The notes: generated by a model from the letters alone, not told the origin. 63,002 bases of DNA, filler included, from Basidiobolus ranarum (GCA_040143965.1; 47 parts of 47 records of this genome joined end to end with filler, not necessarily neighbours in it); one strand, 5' to 3'; positions 25,457 to 37,919 are shown, counted from the whole stretch's first letter. A program made the numbers and translations.

Positions 25457-25917
25457 NNNNNNNNNNNNNNNNNNNNNNNNNNNNNNNNNNNNNNNNNNNN
25501 TTAATTAATTAANNNNNNNNNNNNNNNNNNNNNNNNNNNNNNNNNNNNNNNNNNNNAGCGATAATAATTCTCATTGTGTCAAAGTTCGGAGTGTACTATC
25601 GAATAACTGTTCAGTGAAAGTCTAGAATGTTAGAGGCTAGTAGACTGGCAATGTTGTGTATCTCACGAAGCAATGAAAGAGACTTTATATTGATATTGGT
25701 TTTTATTATTTAGATAAGTCATCTTGCATAGGCGGACATTAATATCATTTGAATAGATTTACATCATTATTGATTATGTTAGTTCGCTGCTAGTATCCTT
25801 GCACTTATGTAGATTGTACTTATGTAGATTGTATTAAATGTGGTGATTGTTTAGTGTAATTGTAATAGTAAGTGTTAGAAGTAGGTTATACTTTTGCCCC
25901 CAGCTTTTTATTAGCCA

Positions 25918-26700
25918 ACTTGCGCTGCCAGTATCTATAACAAACTGTTTCCATTCAACGATACTGCCAAAGAATTCGGTACACTAGGTCATTCTTCCAG
26001 TGAAGTGCGCTTGAAATATTGCCAGCTGACTCTGGCTGTAATCTACAGATATCGTGTCCTCAGCTATTCAAGGGTTACTACACCAATCCTGAGCCTAACA
26101 AACAAGCCGTCACTAAAGATGGATGGTTCAGAACAGGGGATACAGACAATCTTGTCAATGGGAACTTGCTAGAAGAACCAAGGATAGTAATATTCTTCGT
26201 GGTGTAAGTAATTACAGCAATGAACTCGAGGCTGCATTAAAAGATATAGACGGGATTTTTCCTTCATATGATGATGTTTGTCCTATCTGGCCAAAGGACT
26301 CTCAAACCGAACAAGTTACCATTTTCTATCTTCTTTCATTCTCGCTATCCGATACTCATTCCAGTATTCAACAATGCTCTCAGGCACCTCACGTAATACT
26401 GCCACTCTCCAAAAATATCTTGACTAAAGCTTCATTGGGCAAGTTGTCAAGAGGAAAGCTACGTCAACGATATGAAAAAGTATTAAGATTGTCGAACAAA
26501 TCGTCCAAACAAGAAAGCCTTGGAAATGTAAGAAGCCAATCTCCGATACCAAAATCGCTTTACGAAATCGCTTTAGCTTCCTTCTTGTGTAAAATATTTG
26601 ATGTATCTTCGGAGGATATGTGTGCAAAAGAGAACTTCTTCAGTGTGGGAGGCTCTTTTCTAGAAGTCGTACAGTAACTTGATTTTCATCAACCAATGAT
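25918..26700 (+). pseudogene. NRPS-like (A-T, probably A-T-TE) enzyme relic of the AtrA/TdiA/MicA/RalA type
   Basis: TCAASIYNKLFP, LFKGYYTN..., DGWFRTGD, ELEAAL, SQTEQV, LTKASLGKLSRGKL and a T-domain FFSVGGS. Frameshifts and a stop are present. Confidence 0.72.
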
Positions 26701-26899
26701 TTGATGGATTTATTAAGTAAGTTTCTAATGTATAGATACAAAGCAAGAATTATTGAACACTTCAATTTAGCCAAGGTAAGACTACAATTGTAATATGGAN
26801 NNNNNNNNNNNNNNNNNNNNNNNNNNNNNNNNNNNNNNNNNNNTTAATTAATTAANNNNNNNNNNNNNNNNNNNNNNNNNNNNNNNNNNNNNNNNNNNN

Positions 26900-28142
26900 T
26901 GTTTCCGAAATGGTAAATAACATCGTGCCGGATAGTGCCCAATCATGCCAATTTGTGCTGGCACACTTTTTAGCTGGCCTGATCTGGCTCAATAAAATGG
27001 AACAAGTCTACTGTAAGTACTTGGGTATTGGATTGATGATCTATATTTGGCTGATTTCATCAAAACTTTAAGACAGGGAATCAATGGTATCTAAGCCAAA
27101 TTTGAGCAATATTTACCTAGTTTACTGATTGCTAATTGTGGGCAAACAGTACATGACTTCAGGCTTTTCACATCACCAGTGAAAGCCAAACAACCATTTA
27201 GACATCAAGGTAGTTCATTTATTGAAGGATTATAAGTCATATGATTGACCAGTCTTTTCCACTTGTACCAGGTCAGTGCCAAGAAATAGTTGCTAATCTG
27301 CTCTGGTATAAGTGTAAGAAAACCAATAAACTCCTGGTTGCTAAGATTGGATTGAACTCTCCACCCCTCTATAATCAAACCTGCTTCCTTTACTGTAAGT
27401 GTTGTGAGTGGATTAATGCTTGCAGATAACAAAGAGTTGGTAACAAAACCATTGTCTTCTTGTTCAACTTCTAATATGCTAGCATCAGTACTGGAATAAC
27501 CAAGGTCAGCATCTAGTATCATGTCTTCAAAGTTGTCTGGACTTGCTGGTTTAAACAAAGTTGAATTTATAGGTACATCATTCTAATTAAATAACTGTGG
27601 TAACTCCATAGTATCTTATCTTTTGGCAGTGTTACCAAAACATTGAGGCAAAGCTCAGCCAGTAGACTCAGTGGTCAAAACTAAACTCAATATTGTGTGC
27701 TTATTACTGTTGAAATTCACCAGGCTTTGTGCAGCTGGTGGCTTTGTGCAGTGACAATGCTTGTGATTATTTTTTCTATGAAGCCTCCAGCTTACATTGC
27801 ACAAGAGTAGCAATAATAGCAGGGCTTTTGACCGCTCCTTGGAGCTGACTCTTCTCCAGATGTAAAAAGCTCACTGGTTGGTTTGGTTGAATCAGGTAAA
27901 TTGCGCGCTACGATGCGTGAATATGCGGGCCATCCTCTTTCTGGTTCTTCATTGACTGCTTGCTCTTCATCAAAAATGGGAGAAACATCATGGACTCTTC
28001 CAGGCTGGCATTGCTGTCAATGTGTACTACTAGCTGATGAACCAACTTGTTGGGCTCTTGCCCTTGTTGGAGGTGTTACCTCAATTCTAGTGGTGAGTTG
28101 TGTAGATTCTTCTTGTGAAATAGATACCTTGTCAGGAGTCTC
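26900..28142 (-). mobile_element. CACTA-like element: accessory ORF joined by deletion to the transposase N-terminus
   Basis: 27840-28142 matches the accessory ORF and 26990-27830 matches the transposase; both are on the minus strand. Confidence 0.7.
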
Positions 28143-28242
28143 NNNNNNNNNNNNNNNNNNNNNNNNNNNNNNNNNNNNNNNNNNNNTTAATTAATTAANN
28201 NNNNNNNNNNNNNNNNNNNNNNNNNNNNNNNNNNNNNNNNNN

Positions 28243-28361
28243 TCACACCATCAAAATCCCTGGCAGAATGCAAGCCAACAATATTGTGACGGTTCTCTGA
28301 CGGTTTTGCTATTTTGGAGGGTGGATCCGATCCGGATCAAATCGATTTTATTTCGTTAGGG
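28243..28361 (+). mobile_element. Right end of the CCCTAAC transposon (best-preserved copy, retains CpG)
   Basis: ...GGATCCGATCCGGATCAAATCGATTTTATTTCGTTAGGG. Confidence 0.82.
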
Positions 28362-29030
28362 AGCTTGGTGTATGACTTTGTAGACCCATTTGTAACCTAT
28401 TGGCTTTTTCCCTGATTGAAGAGGACTTAAGAACAACATTTTATTGTCCTGAAGTAAAGAAAACTCATCTGATATTGCTTTTTTCCCATAATTTTGATTC
28501 TAGACACTTCAGAGCTTGATCCACAGTCTGTGGCTTGTCACAGAATGCTGCATAAGCATATACATTATCATTGGAAGTGTTCCACCAGCTTCCTGGCTTT
28601 TTTCTCCTTCTGGATGAGCTTCTGGGCCCTGAATCATCCTTTAATATAATTGGTACTGAAATTTTGGTTGAATAGGGCTCAGATACAGCTGCAATTTTGT
28701 CAGACACCTCTTGAATAGTGCTGATTGTGTTTTCTGGATCAAGACCTGTGATTTGGGGTGAAAAATTTGCTTTTTCATCAAAAATCACATCTCTTCATTG
28801 ATTAACTTCTCATTTTTGGTATCAAACAGTCTGTAGGCATTGGATCCATCACAGTAACCAAGAAATATGCATTTCCTGATTTTGGGTTCCAATTTTGAGC
28901 GTTTTTGCACTGGAATTAGGCAACATGCTGTGCAACCAAAGATCCTGAGATGATCCACACTTGGTTTTGATCCATATAGGGCTTCAAATTGAGTAGAATT
29001 TTGTAGCAATCTTGTTGGGTATCTGTTTTT
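28362..29030 (-). mobile_element. Ty1/copia integrase C-terminus to RT start
   Basis: HLRIFGCTA, KCIFLGYC, IGYKWVYKV. Confidence 0.9.
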
Positions 29031-29485
29031 CCCTAACAGAAATTTGAGGATTGTTATCGTAGGAAAACCGTCACAATTTTAATTCATATGGGATTGACCA
29101 TTTACTTACTGTCAAAATATTGTCAAGTTAGATTTGATTTTAATCAATTTTTTCTGTTTCAGGAGTGAAATTTCAAGATTTTGCAAATTAGTTGCAAATG
29201 TTTGGCTAAAATCTCAGAGAACTATGGATCAACACATGTGCAAAAAATGTAACTCAAATTTAACATAATTACTAATTGAATGCTAATTTGTCACCTTCAA
29301 AATCCCTAGTCTCTTTGATATATTCTCCTGAGTATTTTTATAGAGTTCTTCATACCCAAGGTTAAGCTCATACGCAACACAAGTTTGTGTCAATATCTCC
29401 ATCAAAGCCCACCATTGTATCAACATTGCTGAATCAACATTCTTCCAGCTATCTGGCGGATACCCTGCAATATTGTGCCACTCTG
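29031..29485 (+). mobile_element. Left end of the CCCTAAC transposon, with a decayed minus-strand ORF
   Basis: CCCTAACAGAAATTTGAGG terminus. Homologous to 11543-11836, about 17085-17395 and about 58240-58985. Confidence 0.82.
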
Positions 29486-29585
29486 NNNNNNNNNNNNNNN
29501 NNNNNNNNNNNNNNNNNNNNNNNNNNNNNTTAATTAATTAANNNNNNNNNNNNNNNNNNNNNNNNNNNNNNNNNNNNNNNNNNNN

Positions 29586-30800
29586 GTGTTGACTATGCAC
29601 TAGATGCAGTTGGTAAGGGCGCAGTTTTACTCATTTTAGACCAAAATTCAACTACATCATCTGCCAAATTGGATGATGTACTCTATATACCAAATATAGC
29701 CAAGAATCTACTCTCAGTATACCAAGCAACAACTCAAGGACTAAATTTCATGTTCAGCAAGACTGGATGCACTATCACAGATTAGAATAATACCAAATCA
29801 GCTACTGAGATCAAAACCCAGAACTTATATGAGCTAGGAATCAACTGATTGCATTCTGAGCAAGCCAACTTGGCCAAAACCAGTGAAATAAGTTGTCAAA
29901 TATGGCATAAAAGATTAGGCCACATTGGGGAAAAAAACGGACCCAAATGATTCAAAAGCAACTTGCTTCAGGCTTGGAAATTGAAAATATCACTAAGTTT
30001 GATCTATGTGAAGGTTGCATATATGGAGAACATCCACAGATAGCTGTTTTGAAACTCTGTAGGGATCAAATCCACTCAGAATTTTGCCTTGATTCATTCT
30101 GACCTATGTGTGCCTATGAAAAACCTCTCACCATGTCTCACAAGATGGGAAAGTGTACTTTATGAACTTTACTGATGACAAAACAACATATACTTGGGTA
30201 TTCTTGCTCAAATCAGAATCCAAAGCCTTAGCTACATTCAAGCACTACAAAGCAATTGTAGAGAAAGAAGCAGCACCAAAAATAAGGGTACTCAGGAGTG
30301 AAAATGGTGGTGAAATACTGCTTTGCAGACTTTGCCAGTTTTTGCTCTAAATCTGGAATTTAGCAACAAACTACTGTAACTTATACTCCACAGCAAAATG
30401 GAGTTGCAGAATATGCTAATAAGATCATATTGGAGATGGCAAGATCAATGTTACATGATCAAAAGTTACAATACTAATTTTGGGCTGAATCTGTTGCAAC
30501 TGCATTCTATATTTAAAAATAGATGCCCAACATGATAGTTACAAAATTCTACTGCATTTGAAGCCCTAAATGGATCAAAGCCAAGTGTGGATCATCTCAG
30601 GATCTTTGGTTGAACAGTATACTGCCAGATTTCAGCTCAAAAATGCTCTAAATTGGAACCTGAAAGCAGAAAATGCATATTTCAAGGCTACTGTGATGGA
30701 TCTAAGGCCTAGAGAGTGTTTATACCACCAATCAGAAGTTAATTAAGTGCAAAGATGTGATATTTGATGAAAAAGCAAATTTTCACATCCAATCACTACC
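29586..30800 (+). mobile_element. Ty1/copia pre-integrase and integrase, degenerate
   Basis: WHKRLGH, IHSDLC, RSENGGE, PQQNGVAE, HLRIFG. Confidence 0.9.
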
Positions 30801-31735
30801 GGAATGAGTGCTAGAGAATTATGTTGTGNNNNNNNNNNNNNNNNNNNNNNNNNNNNNNNNNNNNNNNNNNNNTTAATTAATTAANNNNNNNNNNNNNNNN
30901 NNNNNNNNNNNNNNNNNNNNNNNNNNNNAACCAGGATGATTTTTATGTGATAAGATATGGCTCCGATTTATACTTTTCTGAAGGGAAATATTATGTATAT
31001 TTCTAATGAGAATTTCAGGAAAGTTCCTGATAATTTTGTTGGTGGGGATCTGGGTTATGGTTTTATCATAAATTATAAGATCAGTAATCCATGGAATGTT
31101 CCGGAAGATTGTATAATAATCCAGAAAGTCATGCAATGCTCTGGCAAATTCAAGTTTTAATTGTTCAAAACTCAATCAGTCATCAAATATTCCAAGAATC
31201 TGGTGGAATGTTCTGGAAGATTGTAGAATTTTCCAGAAAACAATAGGGCTAATGTGAGTTAACACAGTTAAATCTGAAGTAATTGGAGATAATACTATTG
31301 GTGTGATATGTTTGGATTGAAAATATAGGCAAGTCAAATTTAGATGATAAAATAGAAATAGTGCTATAGTAATGATATGAGCTTGGAGTGGAAATAAGTC
31401 AACCTGCCAGTGGATAGCAATGCTTCCCCACAACAGCAGATTCTTGATGGTATTTTGATAGTTTTCATACATGTTAAAATATTGATCCTCATATTTGGCA
31501 TATGTTATTTAATATCTGGCAATTTGAGCAAAAATCTAATTTTCAAATAGCAAACTACTGGGTTTACTGCTGTAGGAATATGAATAAATATGCATGCCTT
31601 TATTTTGATATTTTAGGCTTTGTATTCCAGCCATAATCAGAATCAAAAAATACAAGAATCTTGTTGTGTTTAGTCCCTACATATATGCATACTTGACCAG
31701 TTAGACATTATACAACAACATCAACATGCTTTATC

Positions 31736-32170
31736 TGTCATGATTCTGATCTTGGCATACTGATCCACTACAAATAGAACTTCTCTATTATTAGATTATG
31801 ATATCATATCTGCTGTGCCATCCCTTCTCGGCAATCTGGTGTCAGTTCATTCAGATTACCTTATATGGAAATCATATTCTTTGCAACATTCCATGAAACC
31901 TAACCAAACATGTCATCCCACACATAGTGTATTTCCACCAAGACCTTCCATGGAAGGTCAGCTGATCATCCTTACATCTTCTTTATATCATCCCTCTTTA
32001 TATTGGGCCTTGTAGTCCCCAACACCCCAACTCTCAAACTTGCCACAGCTTATTCCCTATTCAGTATGTTATGTTTCACCTTGCAATATCATATAATCCC
32101 CATGTATTCCTTGATCAGACCTCAGTCTGATCAATGCCAGTTATCAATAAAGATTCTTGCCACAGTATCT
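31736..32170 (+). mobile_element. LTR family B inserted into a CCCTAAC-element right arm (about 31430-31735)
   Basis: TGTCATGATTCTGATC start; matches 50638-50948. Confidence 0.75.
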
Positions 32171-32829
32171 NNNNNNNNNNNNNNNNNNNNNNNNNNNNNN
32201 NNNNNNNNNNNNNNTTAATTAATTAANNNNNNNNNNNNNNNNNNNNNNNNNNNNNNNNNNNNNNNNNNNNTGGGAAATCAAAGTGCAGATGTTTTCCTTC
32301 AGACTCTGAAAGCTTTTAAGTATTATAATTTTACCATAAGTAAACTGGCTACTTTTTAGCTTAATAATTCATAAATTACTTATTGAGAATATCCTTTATA
32401 TACTATTGAGAGTAATGAGGAAACTTGATTAACATTATGAATTAGTAATATTTGTAAGAACTTTGTGAGGTTTACAAAATTAAATAAAGAAGAAGGTGAA
32501 TATTGGATATATCATAATTTTATTACTAATCTAGAAATATCGAAAGTGTTGATAAAAGCTTTCTACTCATGTTTTACAAATATTGACATACTACTAGCAC
32601 TAAGCTCCATATATGTTTATTTATATACAAAACAACAACATAGTCATTAAAATAAACTTTTGGGCTATGTAACCTGCACAGCACAAAGGTGCTACAAATT
32701 TAAAAAGTTGTATAAAATGCAATGCATATGTAACTAAGGTATTCCAAATAATATAAATAAAAGCAACATGAACTACAGAACCCTCTATAATTTCAAAAAC
32801 ATACTGACTTTCAAGCTTCATAGTACTGG

Positions 32830-33401
32830 AAACATGCCTTTATGCATTGCCTCTGATTTTATAGGGGCTACATTGGTGGTAGACTGTCAACGCACACTAC
32901 AAATGTGAGCCTCTTTCTAAAAACTTGTTTACTTCCATAGTGCATATAACTGTTACCACATCATTATATTGTATCTCTGACTTTACAGGAGTCACAAAGA
33001 CTGCTCATCCCTTGACGCGCACTACAAATGTGAGTCTCTTTTTAAAAACATATTTACTTTTGGCATGCATATAACTGATACCATGAGATTATTTTTTACC
33101 TTTGACTTTATAGGAGTTACAAAGACCACTCATCCCTTGATGTGCACTACAAATGTGAGCCTCTCTTTAAAAACATATTTACTTTTGGTGTGTATAACTG
33201 ATACCATGTCATTATTTTTCCCCTATGCTTTTAAAGGAGTTACAAAGACCGCTCATCCCTTGACACGCACTACAAACTTGAGCCTCTTTTTAAAAACACA
33301 TTTACTTTTTGTGTGCATATAACTTAGACCATGTTATGATATTTTTTACTTTTGAATTTAAAGGAGTTATGAACACTTCTCTTCCCTTGACATGCACTAC
33401 A
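32830..33401. repeat. About 125-bp tandem repeat, about 4.5 diverged units
   Basis: CACTACA anchor at 32895, 33020, 33145, 33268 and 33395. Confidence 0.88.
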
Positions 33402-33512
33402 TGTTGAAGTTTATTGTCTTTATCATATATGTTATCCCTATCTTTATACACCCAACTATTTCATATATCACATATTAGTTAGTCAACATTATTTAGTCAA
33501 ATATCACTTAGC
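33402..33512 (+). mobile_element. Copia LTR family C start
   Basis: TGTTGAAGTTTATTGTC; reverse-complement match to 59086-59221, about 43930-44054 and about 53330-53440. Confidence 0.75.
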
Positions 33513-34144
33513 NNNNNNNNNNNNNNNNNNNNNNNNNNNNNNNNNNNNNNNNNNNNTTAATTAATTAANNNNNNNNNNNNNNNNNNNNNNNNNNNNNNNN
33601 NNNNNNNNNNNNATACTAATAGTGTGATATGATTGGCTAGAAAATATGGGTAAGTCAAATAAGGATAATAAAATAGAAATTGTGCAATAGTAATGATATG
33701 AGCTCGGAGTGGAAATAAGTCAATCTGCCAGTGGGTAGCAATGCTACCCCACTACATTGCTGAATGCTTTTGTTAATACTTACATTAACCTGTCTTTACT
33801 GTTTAATGCTTCACATGTAATTGATATGGATTGTAGTTTAATATAGCATAAATAGCTTCAGTTGGAACATGATCACTTATACCTTTATGAAATATTGATA
33901 TTGTGAAATCATCAGGTATCAGAAAAATCGATGATAACCAATTTATACAAGCAATTTCACTAAAATTAAATGAAAAATGTCCATCAATAAAAAGCTTGTG
34001 CAGCCATATTGGCTCAATATGGCTCAATCCATTCACATTCTCATCAAATTTGAAGCCTACAAAATTGAATAAACAATTTGCTGATCTAAAAATGATGAAT
34101 CAATCAATTCTGAGCAATAATATCATAATACATATCAATTGATG

Positions 34145-34854
34145 ATTTAATAATTTATTGATTTGAATAACCTATATTTAGACATAAACCTATTGGAATA
34201 TATGTAAGTTTGTATAAGTACTGATCTTTTTCTCCCAAAACTAAATTATTCTCCTTTTGACCAGTGATGATGAATCCTGACTTATCAAAATTGAATTTTG
34301 GACCTTCAGAGGTGGCCTTGTATACAGATATTAATTTCTTGGTAGTATCTGGAACATCTAGTTCATCTTTAAAAGCATACACTTTCTCTTGAGATGCTCC
34401 AGTTAAGTTGACTTTGATTGTTCCCATTCAAATGGCATCCAATTTACAATTATATCCCATGAAAACCTTTCTAATTGGAATTTCTTCATAATCCACAAAC
34501 CAATGTTCTTCATTGGTGAAATGTAGGGATGCGCCAGAATCAATACACCACATCTGAAAATTCTTGTTGGTAGTCATAGATAGAGCAGATATGAGCAAGT
34601 GTTCCTTTATTGTAACTGTTAAAGTATTTGGGAGCCTGTTGGAAGTAGTTTGGAGTATTCAAGGAATGGGTGGTATTCACTTATTGATATATTGAGCGCA
34701 GAGTTGACATTTATGGTTTTGTCAAGATGTAAACCAACTAATGTGTAGAATGTGTTAAGGAAGGTCCCAGGAACATGTGTGCAAAGTCTGGGGCTTCTAG
34801 CACAAGTTTGAAAAAACTATATATCTGAGAACTTCTAAGTTGGTAAAAATATTT
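34145..34854 (-). mobile_element. Copia protease region interrupted by LTR family A (34617-34854)
   Basis: WCIDSGASLHFT motif; the LTR matches family A. Confidence 0.85.
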
Positions 34855-35268
34855 NNNNNNNNNNNNNNNNNNNNNNNNNNNNNNNNNNNNNNNNNNNNTT
34901 AATTAATTAANNNNNNNNNNNNNNNNNNNNNNNNNNNNNNNNNNNNNNNNNNNNTACCTGTTTCATCGACTTGTAAGCGAGATGATCCAGGCCATACAGG
35001 TATATGCTCTTTCGGATTAAATTATCCATCGCATGCTATTTATAGATGAGTTACAGTCCAAGCACTATGATAATGTGATGTACAGCCTAGCAAATGCTAT
35101 TGTTTGATGGGCCACTGATTTGATTGTTAGATTTTTATATTCTCAAGCATTGAACATCTTCAAATAAGTAACTGATAGATACAACTTAATACTGAACTTC
35201 AGCTAATCTATAATACCCTTCAATTTCATTTTATTGGTACCTATTAGGGATAATGATGGCATAACTCT

Positions 35269-35868
35269 TCAGCATGAGATGCCGGAACAAAATAAATCAC
35301 GCTCCGCCTTACGTCTTCTAACTAAGCCAGGGAGAACCTTTCCTCCACCACGTACCAAGAGACCGAATTCTGCAGCTGCAGCACCGTTGTTTCCTTGATT
35401 GATAAATCTACGCATATCAGAGTTACGAAGAGCACCGCAACCAACATTAAAGGAGAATGATACTAAAGCTGAAAATTGGTTTGAAGTAAGAGAAGCCGAA
35501 ATAAGACCGTTAACACAACTTTCGAATTCTACCATGTCGCGACGTAGTAAATCTTCACCTTGAGCGACAGATAAGGGAGCACAGATATTGGCACATCCAG
35601 TAGGATCAGAATGACAGGCATGATCATAACCAATAGTTTAGATACCTACTGGGTCAATATAGAAATTGGGAAACCAGCCTTCAAAACTCTTGACCAAATC
35701 CAATCCAGCCTGGTTAATATGACCATTATTAGTTCCTGGACCAGCACGAAGGTTGACACCATCATTAAGTGGGAAGGACTTTGCGGTTACTGATGAAGCA
35801 AAGGAAAGGATGGAAGGGAGTACCAGGAGTAAGACCTTAGCTGAGATGGCGGAGTTTGTAAGCTGCAT
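35269..35868 (-). pseudogene. Secreted GH24 (phage-type) lysozyme with an SH3b-like remnant and an in-frame TAA
   Basis: Signal peptide, VNLRAGPGT, GLDLVKSFEG...YIDPVGI*TIGYDH, NQFSALVSFSFNVG, LPGLVRRRKAERDLF. ORFs 35638..35868 and 35269..35535 share one frame, split by the stop at 35638-35640. Confidence 0.88.
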
Positions 35869-37919
35869 GTTGCTGTTGATAAGAAGGGTTGACTCTATAT
35901 TGCTTATTTATGTCCTGTTTAGTGTTTTGCGAGTGGCTGACATCAAATTTGGTGCAACATAAATCACAGAACATAACGGTCCTAAACTCCAGCCTTTCAA
36001 TGCATAGTTTAGCCGAAGTGATACTACTATCCCGATATTTTACATAGTAACATCACTGAGCTTATACTTTTAGATCAACCGAATTAATTTCACCCTAACG
36101 TAACCTGATTTATGGAATGTGTACTAAAATCCTATCTGGCGGCATGCAACGATAATCAACATAAGCGTTAACATGTAGTTATTAACCGAAGTGTTANNNN
36201 NNNNNNNNNNNNNNNNNNNNNNNNNNNNNNNNNNNNNNNNTTAATTAATTAANNNNNNNNNNNNNNNNNNNNNNNNNNNNNNNNNNNNNNNNNNNNACTT
36301 TATGAGACCAGTTTCACAAACACAAAGACTCCTAGAGTCTCTGACTGAGTAGAAATTGATTCATGTTCATTAACTAAACCAGCTTTTACGTCTGACCCTT
36401 GAATAATTAGAGACACTTTATGTGTTTACCAAGTTTAGCCAGCAAGTAACCACTCGTCCCTGGGAATGCGAGCATGAGATTTTGTATCTGATTATATAGA
36501 TTTATCGGAAATCATTGGAAGGCCATTCTTGTAGAGTCAATCACCTTATGCCATTAACAATCGATGTTCCTTACCTTTCATATCAATCAGTTTTGAGGAA
36601 CTGTATTCAAGTTCAACCTTTTTTGGAAGAAGATACTCAAGAACAAAATACTTATTCGTGAGTCAAATAGGCAAAATCAATATACGCCTTTTTCTTATCT
36701 AGAGCTTTGGTAAGACCGCTTATATTAGTTGTGTCCCCTTAGGATACAATACGACTATTAAATAACCCAATGATAATCTCATTATTAGAAGCTGATTGAA
36801 TTCTTGATCCAATACCATATATACCCATTACGTAAAGAATTTATAATCTTTAACATCATGCTTGCTGCGATAACGGGCTGCGGTTCTTTGGTAGCGTATC
36901 TATTATGGCGAGTCTGGTATATACGTGCTGGGTTGAGGTCGGGAGCGCAGAGAAGAGTCAATCAATGACGTTCAGAGCATCATCAGAAGTATATTATTAT
37001 TTCATTTTGGAAATGCCATAGTTATAAGATGTTGTGTGATAGATAGGTCATGTGATGCGTCTGATCACATTATATCTTCAATCCCACGATCTGGAAGTAC
37101 TTTCTTTCAGTATTGAAACACCAATGAGACCAAAACACTGTAGCACTATTATCTCATGAAACGCACTAGCCAACGCATTGGACACACCAGCGCTCATTAT
37201 TGATTCATTTTTTGTGCATACATTTTCCACCTAACAATATCGCATTCACTCCATGATTCAACTTGATATTTGTCACATAGACCAACCAGAGCTCAGTCTT
37301 TGATATTATGAAGGTGATTCCACTACTCGTGGTGATTTTACGTATGTATTCATTTCAGTTAGTTTGTTAGTTTTGAGCCCAAAATATCATTTTCACTGTA
37401 TAAATTTGATTTACCAGCGTCAATTAAGTCTCTCGGAATCAAACAAATGTAGATGTGAGTGCCAAGTTAGCACTATTTCAATATAGTAAATTCTTTCATA
37501 TCAACAATTGTCTAATATCTCCTAGATAATAAATTGATNNNNNNNNNNNNNNNNNNNNNNNNNNNNNNNNNNNNNNNNNNNNTTAATTAATTAANNNNNN
37601 NNNNNNNNNNNNNNNNNNNNNNNNNNNNNNNNNNNNNNTAGCCTGTATTAGATATTCAGTGGAAAGTGAAGCACATTGCTATGTCCCTGACTCTTGAAAA
37701 TATTAGTTCCAATGGGATAAGTGTAGTGGAGTTGAAGTATTAGATCCATATAGAGCATGTGGATTATTATTGTAAATCAGGACATAAGCATGGGCAAGGT
37801 TTGTTCATTGAAAGAGACTTCTAGGCTTAAACAATGGGTTTAATTAACAGAGCTAATATTAGTATATGGGGTTATTGTCAGGAGGGTCTGAGAGATATAT
37901 ATTTCAAGAAGTGAGTGTT

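Noticed and set aside
24861-25508. Long Cys/Ser/Leu-rich ORFs (also 49958..50635 and 44519..44857)
   Set aside because: Antisense shadows of the coding frames on the opposite strand.
32830-33401. Possible CRISPR array
   Set aside because: Whole 125-bp units are homologous, with no unique spacers, no cas genes and a eukaryotic context.
36297-37538. CpG-retaining contig with a 36-codon hydrophobic ORF (MLAAITGCGSLVAYLLWRVWY...) near 36858
   Set aside because: Too short, with no motif or second copy; most likely ordinary intergenic or promoter DNA.
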